Source of the DNA: Octopus vulgaris
Lineage: Eukaryota
Assembly: GCA_951406725.2 (NCBI GenBank)
Contig: OX597828.1
Location: 42,470,001-42,534,000 of the forward strand
DNA: 64,000 bases
Direction of reading: 5' to 3'
The notes under the pieces were generated by a model. The model was not told the origin of the DNA, made no database searches, and saw only the letters and a program-made list of their open reading frames with translations. The first letter of the stretch is position 1. Every line of letters starts with the position of its first letter. The position numbers and the translations under genes were made by a program. Below, piece by piece: positions 55,005-64,000 of the stretch.

Positions 55005-56367
55005 GGATTCTGTTTTGCAGAATAGTGTGTAGAATGTCTGCAGAAAAAGAATCGTGATAATATTTACAAACTAAGCAAGATGGTGAAAAAAAAAAAATTC
55101 TACACCGTCTCCAGTTTAGCAGTGGCAAGCATGAAAAAACTCTTTGGTAAAAAAAGACTTCAACATAAAATTGTTTTGATCAAGCCAAGCCAAGCCAAGG
55201 CACTTGGAGAATTTTTTGAGGAATAACCGAAAGCCGAACAAAGAGGAACCAATCTTTGAAAGAATTTCAGTTGATTTTATTGTCCAGAAACAATTAAGTT
55301 ATTGAATGATGTGATACTGTTGAGTGATCTGACATGCTGAGTGACGTGGTCCTCATGCCTTGCTGGAAGGTAAAGGTAAAGACAGATAGTGTGAGAGGTA
55401 AGTCGGGGACTTAAACCAAAGAGGCTTAGGAAGTGGTAGTTGTAGGGGCTTATCAAATGTGGGGCAGCCGTATGAAGAATGCCATGAAATCACACAAGCA
55501 AATACATGTCTAATAATGCCAGTGTATCTGGCTGAAACAATTACAATCATGAGATGGTAATTTCACAGTGGAATGGTTAGTAGTAGTAGAAGAATGTTAT
55601 AAAACGGTGCTAGTAAGTACTCCTGTACATAATAGAAATATATTAACTATGGTCCAGCTGGAGCTCCTCTGATGATGGTATGCCTGAAACGAGGTCATAT
55701 TCTAAAAGGTAGAAAGTTGGTGAAAACGCAACAATACCATATAAAATGTGATTTAGTTATTCATTGTGGCGCCGTGGCCCCTGTTTTTATCTATTTTTCT
55801 AACTTTCACTACATAGGAAATGCAAATGAAAGCATGCAATGGCTTAGAATAAAATGCAGTTGACTTCTCCAACATGTAACATAGAAGAACCCCTTTGTTC
55901 GTTCTGTAAACATTGGCCCTTTATGAACTGATGCAATGAGATGCAAGTGATACCGTAATGTTACCAGTGGATGAATATCACAACAGAACTCATCACAGCT
56001 TTTAACTTTACTCATATCCACAATACAACAAGTAGCATAATCCATTCAAGGATCATTCCAGCTGTGGCCAAAACCCCATCTAGAAAACTTAACCACCTGT
56101 GAAAGGTGAAAGGAAATTTGTTGAGAAGATAAAACTTGGTTGCTGCTTTGATAAAGAGTGAGATGTTAGAAACGGGAGAAGGGACCCTCGTAGAAACACC
56201 AGCAGCTACTTTGGGGTCTGCAGTGGGGAGTGAGAGATTGGCAAATGTAAAATGGTTCAGATCAGATAATATTTAGGCATCATTTTTTTTTTAAACAAAG
56301 ACTTTAAAAGAACCCACGCAAAAATGGCCAAGAAAAGTTAACCATTACATACAATGGCAAAAAAAGC

Positions 56368-56409
<42 letters not shown>

Positions 56410-56410
56410 T

Positions 56411-56808
56411 GTGCAGGAGTAGCTGTGTGGTAAGTAGCTTGTTTACCAACCACATGGTTCCGGGTTCAGTCCCACTGTGTGGCACCTTGGGCAAGTGTCT
56501 TCTACTATAGCCTCGAGCCGACCAAAGTCTTCTGAGTGGATTTGGTAGACGGAAACTGAAAGAAGCCCGTCATATATATGTGTGTATATATATATGCGTT
56601 TGTGTGTCTGTGTTTGTCCCCCTAGCATTGCTTGACAACCGATGCTGGTGTGTTTATGTCCCCGTTACTTAGCAGATAGGCGAAAAGAGACCGATAGAAT
56701 AAGTACTGGTCTTACAAAAGAATAAGTCCCGGGGTCGAGTTGCTCGATTAAAGGCAGTGCTCCAGCATGGCCGCAGTGAAATGACTGAAACAAGTAAAAG
56801 AGAGTAAA
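56411..56808 (+). mobile_element. SINE family A, full length
   Basis: Colinear with the 41567 copy, several CpG-to-TpG/CpA changes. Confidence 0.92.
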
Positions 56809-56986
56809 AAGTGTATGTATAGTTGAAATTTATAGAAAAGCAGAAGACAAAGATAGGTGTATGAACAACAAGCAAGTTTTATTACTCTGAGAGTAATAAG
56901 ACAAAATAAATGCATAGAGAATATATATATGTGTATGTGTATATATATGTGTATATGTGTGTGTATACATACATATAAAATGTATG

Positions 56987-57019
<33 letters not shown>

Positions 57020-57222
57020 ATAATTCTAAAATGAGATTATTACTGACAGAGAGTTTGGAGTTCCCATTTAAGCCATTATCATACTACTGACAAAACTTAA
57101 TTGACCAAAACTTCGAAGTCACTGTCAATAATATATTTGCTTATGAATAATAAATTTATCAGATTAATGTAAAATAGTATTTATTATAACTGAGCATAAA
57201 AACATTTATATACATATGTGTG

Positions 57223-57259
<37 letters not shown>

Positions 57260-57980
57260 ATGTATATAAGCACATGAGCATACATACATATACATACACA
57301 CACACATACATTATAAATTTATACCTTAATGAAAGGTGTGCAGTATTTGTCCAAGTTTGTTGTGAAACACACAAAAAGAAAAGAAACTATTTTGTAAATA
57401 CAATGTTAGGGGAGATTATAAGAAATGATGCTTTAATCAGTTGCAAAGAAAATTATGGTGATGATGATGATGATGATGATGAGGCAGATTGCAAATGTAA
57501 TGAAAACACTTTTCTATCTTCCAAAAATCCATTGGGGTCTTAGATGTGAAGGTGGTGGAAGTGGTGATGAGGGACAGAAGGATTTCAGCCACGTGCTATA
57601 TAGAATTTTTTTCGCATACGCTAGATGATAATTTAAAATAGTAAACCCATTGTGTGGAGAGAATTGCTTTGGGGATCGAAAGCCTTGGCTTATATTCTCA
57701 AAAAAAAAAAAATTTGGCAGGGTTGACTTTTTTCTTTTACACATTTTCAGCACCACCACCACCACCACCACTACTACTGCTACTACTACTACCACTACTA
57801 TGATGATGATGATAATAACAATAATGCCAACTGAGTACCAAAAGATTATAGGAAGTATTCAGCTGGCAAAGCACTACTTGGAACAGCTCATGTGTTGAGG
57901 AAAGTGTTGCTTTACCTAAGCTGCAGGATGGAGCAAAGATATGATACAGATAAATCTGGAGAAGTTAACGTGAATAAATT

Positions 57981-58011
<31 letters not shown>

Positions 58012-59167
58012 GCAAATTGAGTGTAACAGGGTGGGGGGGGTTCCAATGGTTTGACATACAAAAGGATAGAAATGATCAAGAAATAGTCCCAACCATTCTT
58101 AAAGACCGAGAAGAATGTTTTACAAACTTCTTCAGAGAAAAGAAATATTTGAGATGCAAGGATGCTGTTGACATCCAAAGGATAAAACTTCCATATAATC
58201 TAATTTGATAATAGTAACAATTATACTACAAACAGTAATAACAATACACTACTATTAATAATAATAATAGCATTTATTATTTATATAAAAAGGATGCATT
58301 CATGACTAGAAGTAATGCTACATGTTAATATGCAGGTGCTAAAATACATGTTACAAACACACACATATTATCACATACATCAAGCACATACAACATGCAC
58401 ACACAAACATGCGCAGATGTTTTTTGCGCATATTGTGAGGTAGATTTCACACATGGATATATGAGGATATGTGCATATATATGTATGTGCATGTGTATAT
58501 ATATATTATATATATTTGTGTGTGTGTGTATACATTCAAGAGCTGTATCCAATCCAGTGAAGAAGACAACAGAAAGAATATAAAATGGTCACACTAAATG
58601 CAACAGATTGCACGGTTCAAGGCTGGCATAAGACCTCATTTGCAGTTCTGTTCTTTACCAGATTGCTACTGGGAAATGTCTTCGGATAATTCACATGCAC
58701 ACACACACACATATCTACATGCATTCATACACACACTGGTAAGAACAACATACAAGCATGGATGGAATCTTGGTCTTTCAGAAGAATAAATATATTTCAT
58801 TTTATGTAAATTTTTCTTTATTTCTATATTTGTTTGTTCGTGTTTTTGTTTAGTATTTCCTTGTTTTGTGGTTTTTTTTTAAATTTTATTTATCTATTAT
58901 TTTTTTGGTTTTGATGTTCCTCGACTTTTGGAAATCTTTTGGAAGATAGGTCAAAGAATAACTCTTGATATAGCATTAAAAAGAACCACACTGATAATGT
59001 AACTTGATGTGTAAGTACTAAACAATGTGTGTGTGTACACACATGCGCGCACACACACACACACACATACACTCACTCACACATGTATGTACATACATAT
59101 ATTTATATGTATACATATATGCATATATATATAAGTATATATATATATATATATACATATATATTTA

Positions 59168-59211
<44 letters not shown>

Positions 59212-60404
59212 TAAAATGTGTGTAATGTATATATAAACAAACATTTTATATATACATGTATATATATATATATATATATACATTCATTCATGTATAGATA
59301 TGTACATTATATGTATTTTATCACACACACACACATATATATATGTTTATGTATATATATGATTGCATTTTTATATGCATGTATGTGTGTGTATATATAC
59401 ATACATACATATATATATATATGCATGAAAATATATACATTTAGATATACACACACACATATATACACGTATGTATATACACCTATGCATGTTATATATA
59501 CATACATAATGTATATATACATACACATTTGTGTATATATATATATACATATTTATACACACACATCCAAAATGATGAACATGAGCATTGACAGTCCACC
59601 TCTTCACTACATTCAATAAATGTCTGCCTAAATGGTATGAACAAAGTGAGATTCCTTCTTCGCAAAATATTCCAATAGGAATCAGCAGAAGAAATATTCT
59701 GCTGTTTTACAAATATGAGAGCACTGACTTTTTTTACCGATTCCAGACAAGTTGTGTTTTTTCTTTGAATTCCTTCGATAAAATATATATATATGTGTGA
59801 ATGTATATATGTATAATATACATATGTATGTGTATTGTGTATATATAAATATGTATATGTATGCATACCTGTTTATGCATATGTACATAGGTATATATAT
59901 AATATATATATATATGTATAATTACAATGCCTATGTATACATATGTATGTATATATATATACATGTATATTTATATATACATATAAATATATATGTGTAT
60001 ATATATGTATGTGCATAACATGGGTAGAAGTTCATCACAGTGATATATAAATACATGTATGTATAATGCACTGCAGAAATTCCATCTGTCTATCTGCATG
60101 TGTATATATATTTTATGCATACACGTATGCAGTGAGTAGGGCAGCGCATATGGATCATCTTGGCTTAGAGATAATCTTTTATATTTTTCCAGCTTGCAAG
60201 GGATCATTGTAGCCCCGCACTCTAATCTAAAGTCTTGTATTTCTTTCTTTCTACTGCTGAATATGTTTAAGAAAGACAGTGACAACAGAATCACTTACAA
60301 TAACGGTCATTATTTTTTGTACACTTAAGAAACATTACATATATGTATATATATATATATACACACATACATATATAGATATACATGTGTGTGTGTATAT
60401 GTAA

Positions 60405-60439
<35 letters not shown>

Positions 60440-61149
60440 CATATATATACGATATATATATATATACGATAAATATATAATGTATGCATGTATATGTCAA
60501 TATATATGTATATAAAAACTAGGGTGTTTGGAAAAACGTACTGATGGTTTGTAAATGTATTCTACATTTCAGCATTACAAAATGGGAGCAGCTTCAAATA
60601 CATACATACATACACACATACAAACACATGTGTATATATATGTACATATATATATATATATATGCATATATACATATGCATATTTACATATGCATATGCT
60701 TGTGTGTTTGTGACATATAACAAACATATCTATTTCTCTATCCATACGTAAACATATATATGTGTGTATAGAAATATATGTATCTGTATATTGTATACAC
60801 ATGTACATATATCTAGATATGTTTGGGTGTATGTATATGTCTTAAATATAAAGCTTGTCAATTGTGAAGCTACAGGAGTGACTCAAAAGCCTTAGGGTTT
60901 TTACGCCTAAGCACTTTTCTGTAAGCTTGTATTATTCCACCATTTGTAAACCCCAAAGCGAAACCAATTATATACACACACAGACACACATGCACACATA
61001 TATGCTTATATAATAATGTAAGTTTACAAATTATGCATATGTACCTTGATACACACACACACATCATATATTTTTATATATATATATACACTCACAAACA
61101 TATATATATATACATATATACATACATACATACATACATACATACATAC

Positions 61150-61202
<53 letters not shown>

Positions 61203-61406
61203 ATATACATAGGCAATGTGGTAGCACTTGTTTTCATTCAACCTTTCATTGCATAATATTTTGAAGTTATATGGTAAAACAGAATCTAATGGTTATTTGT
61301 GGTGTACATTAAGTCTGCTGTCAAGAATTTCCACAGAATTACATATTAATGAAGAGTTCTTTATTTGAGAAAATATAACACACACACATACACATACACC
61401 TGTGTA

Positions 61407-61459
<53 letters not shown>

Positions 61460-61864
61460 CATGTTTTGTGTTTCTATGCAAGAGTCTGTATATATACATG
61501 TATATATAAACACACCAGTATGTGTGCATATATATGTATATCATCATCATCATCATCATCATACATATATATGTATGTATATATATATGTATATATATAT
61601 GTATATATATGAATGTATATATGTATGTATATATATATATAGAGAGAGAGAGAGATTGAGGTATAGATATATGTATGTATATATATATATATATATAATA
61701 TATACATACATATATATATGTACATGTACATATGAGCAGTCATATAAATATTTTGCATATATGTATATGTGTGTACAAGAATGTGTGTGTGTGTATATGT
61801 ATATATACATACGTACCTATGTACATGCATACATACATATATATACATGCATACATACATACAT

Positions 61865-61916
<52 letters not shown>

Positions 61917-62131
61917 TATACAAAACATTTAAGCAAATCTCTTTGGATTTTGGTGTTGTTTTCAAGGAAGAATACGAAAAAGTCTGCTGTGAGAAAAAAC
62001 ACAACCGAAGAAATATTAATAAAAGAGCACGTGAAATTATGTAAACAAGCAGCAGTACTATAAAAAAATATTTGATTTACATATATATGCATATTGAAAT
62101 AAACTATAACAAACTGAGACTAAAGAAAAGA

Positions 62132-62170
<39 letters not shown>

Positions 62171-62235
62171 CACACATATATACAAATATACACATCTCTC
62201 TCTCCCCATCTCTGTTTGTCTCTCTCTATATATAT

Positions 62236-62279
<44 letters not shown>

Positions 62280-62785
62280 TATATGCATAGACACACACAC
62301 ACACATATGTATATATATATATAATGTTTGAAAACTGATGTAATTGACAAAGTCTTGTACTGTTACGTTATCTTAATTTCTAAATAATCATTCTTAATTG
62401 AATTGTGGGATACATTCTGCTGTATTTATTGACTTAATAATAATAATAATAAATACATATTTATATATATATATATATATATACATTACTCATTTAACAT
62501 ACATACTTGATATGGTTTACATATACGTAAATTTTTACAATGTGTGAGAAAAAAAGAGAAAGACGGAAAGCGGCAAAATGGAATGCAGAAAATGTTTGGC
62601 GGCGGACATAGTTTGTACTACCTGAAATTGTATTCTGTAAATGTTGTATGTTTTGGTCTGGGAATTATATGTATTCAGTACTGAAGATAATACAGTAAGC
62701 AAAGGTAATTGTTGTTGTTGTTGTTATTATTATTATCAATGCTATTATCATTATTATTATTTTTATTATTATTATCATCAATATA

Positions 62786-63460
62786 GAGCTGGCAGAATCG
62801 TTAGGGCACTGAGCAAAATGCTTAGATATATATATCTTGCCTGTTGCTACATTCTGATTTCAAATTCTGCTGTGGTCAACTTCGCCTTTACCTGTCATCC
62901 TTTCGAGGTTGATATAATTAGTACCAGTTATACACTGGGGGAGGCGATGTAATCAGCTAGTCCCCCCTCCCCACAAATTTCAGGCCTTGTGCCTTCAGTA
63001 GAAAGGATTACTATTGTTATTAATAGTAATATAATGTTTTATTGTAGTGCACCAAACATGACAGAATCATCAGCATGCAAGAGAAAATCCTTTTTGGTAT
63101 TCCTTTTAACCCATTACATCCTGAGTTCAAATTTGCGGTCAGTATGTGGTCAATAAAGTAAGGTAGCAGTTTTAAATACTGGGATCTGATGTAATTGATT
63201 ATCTGTAGAATTACTGGCCTTGTGCCAAAAGTATGGAACAAAGCACTGTGCTGGCAAAGGCACAATGCTGGCCACTGAATGGTTAATAGGTAGGACAACA
63301 TACTTAGTAGCTGTTCGTATGGCGCTCTAGGTCGTGGGTTCTAACTTTGTTGAGACCAACTTTGTTTGTCATCCTTTTGAGATCAATAAAATAGAATACC
63401 AGCTAATCACTTTGGCTGATGTAATCAACTAGCTCCTCCCTGGGGCCTAGAGAAAAACGA
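62786..63460 (+). mobile_element. Cluster of three degenerate SINE B copies (a fourth tail at 63830-63900)
   Basis: GAGCTGGCAGAATCGTTAG, GAGTTCAAATTT, GTCATCCTTT, GATGTAATC, GGCCTTGTGCC motifs repeated, most CpGs decayed. Confidence 0.75.
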
Positions 63461-63571
63461 CTTATTATTATTATCATCAACATTATTATCATCATTATTA
63501 CTACTACTACAAGTACTACTACTACTGCTGCTGCTATTATTACTATAACTACTACTATTATTATTTATTAT

Positions 63572-63826
63572 TTTGGTTTAGCTCAGGTTTCAGTCTTATT
63601 TCCTTGAAGGGATTTATGTGGATATCAGGTTGCCTGCCACCTGTTAACCTTAGGTATCCAAAAGTTTTCAGCCATCTTTCGAGTAGTTAGAATCCTCCTG
63701 ATAATTCTAACTGTCCCTAAGAGACAAACTTTCTGCAGGAGCTCCACTGTGCATTATTGTTTCATTCTTCTTCAGCCATTTGTCTATATCTTGGTTTACT
63801 GTTCCCAATGCACCTATTATTGTTAT
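63572..63826 (-). mobile_element. Dong/R4-clade non-LTR retrotransposon 3' fragment (frameshifted endonuclease C-terminus plus 3' UTR)
   Basis: Minus strand translates IIGALGTVNQDIDKWLKK / VELLQKVCLLGTVRIIRRIL, matching the restriction-like endonuclease C-terminus of R4/Dong elements (IGALGTV...LQKxxLLGTxRIxRxxL). The 3' end runs into (AAT)n. Confidence 0.85.
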
Positions 63827-64000
63827 TGAGTCCTGTGATCGATGTAATTGACGTAGCCCACCCCCTGCCCTTGTACCTATAGTAGAAAGGATTATTATTA
63901 TTGTTATTATTCATTTACACACAGTAGATTATTTCAGTTTTGGATTTGGTTTGCAAGATTCTTTATATTAGTTCGTGTGTTGAAGCATATACTGTTGTAT

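Overview
Eukaryotic, microsatellite-saturated, gap-free genomic DNA. The SINE families and repeat landscape point to an octopus (coleoid cephalopod); this is inferred, not searched. Only one protein-coding segment is supportable: the terminal exon (52117-52391, +) of the nuclear receptor COUP-TF/seven-up (NR2F), encoding the C-terminal 91 aa of the ligand-binding domain. No upstream COUP-TF exon is visible, so 1-52116 is read as part of a >52 kb last intron and the remainder as 3' UTR/flank. Nearly all ORF-track entries are microsatellite translations. The intron and flank carry at least four SINE-like families, a complete non-autonomous Helitron, Tigger-, mariner- and piggyBac-type MITEs, a Dong/R4 LINE fragment and several minisatellites. 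The most notable observations are: (1) a dispersed Penelope-like repeat carrying a minimal type I hammerhead-ribozyme fold with a variant core, two copies sense within the pre-mRNA; (2) several fold-back hairpins, including a 58-bp near-perfect unique-sequence stem at 47447-47586, that are candidate ADAR/Dicer substrates; (3) SINEs sharing one central module but swapping 3' tails, one tail matching a LINE 3' end in the same window; (4) a candidate recursive-splicing site; (5) a drop in CpG density around the last exon.
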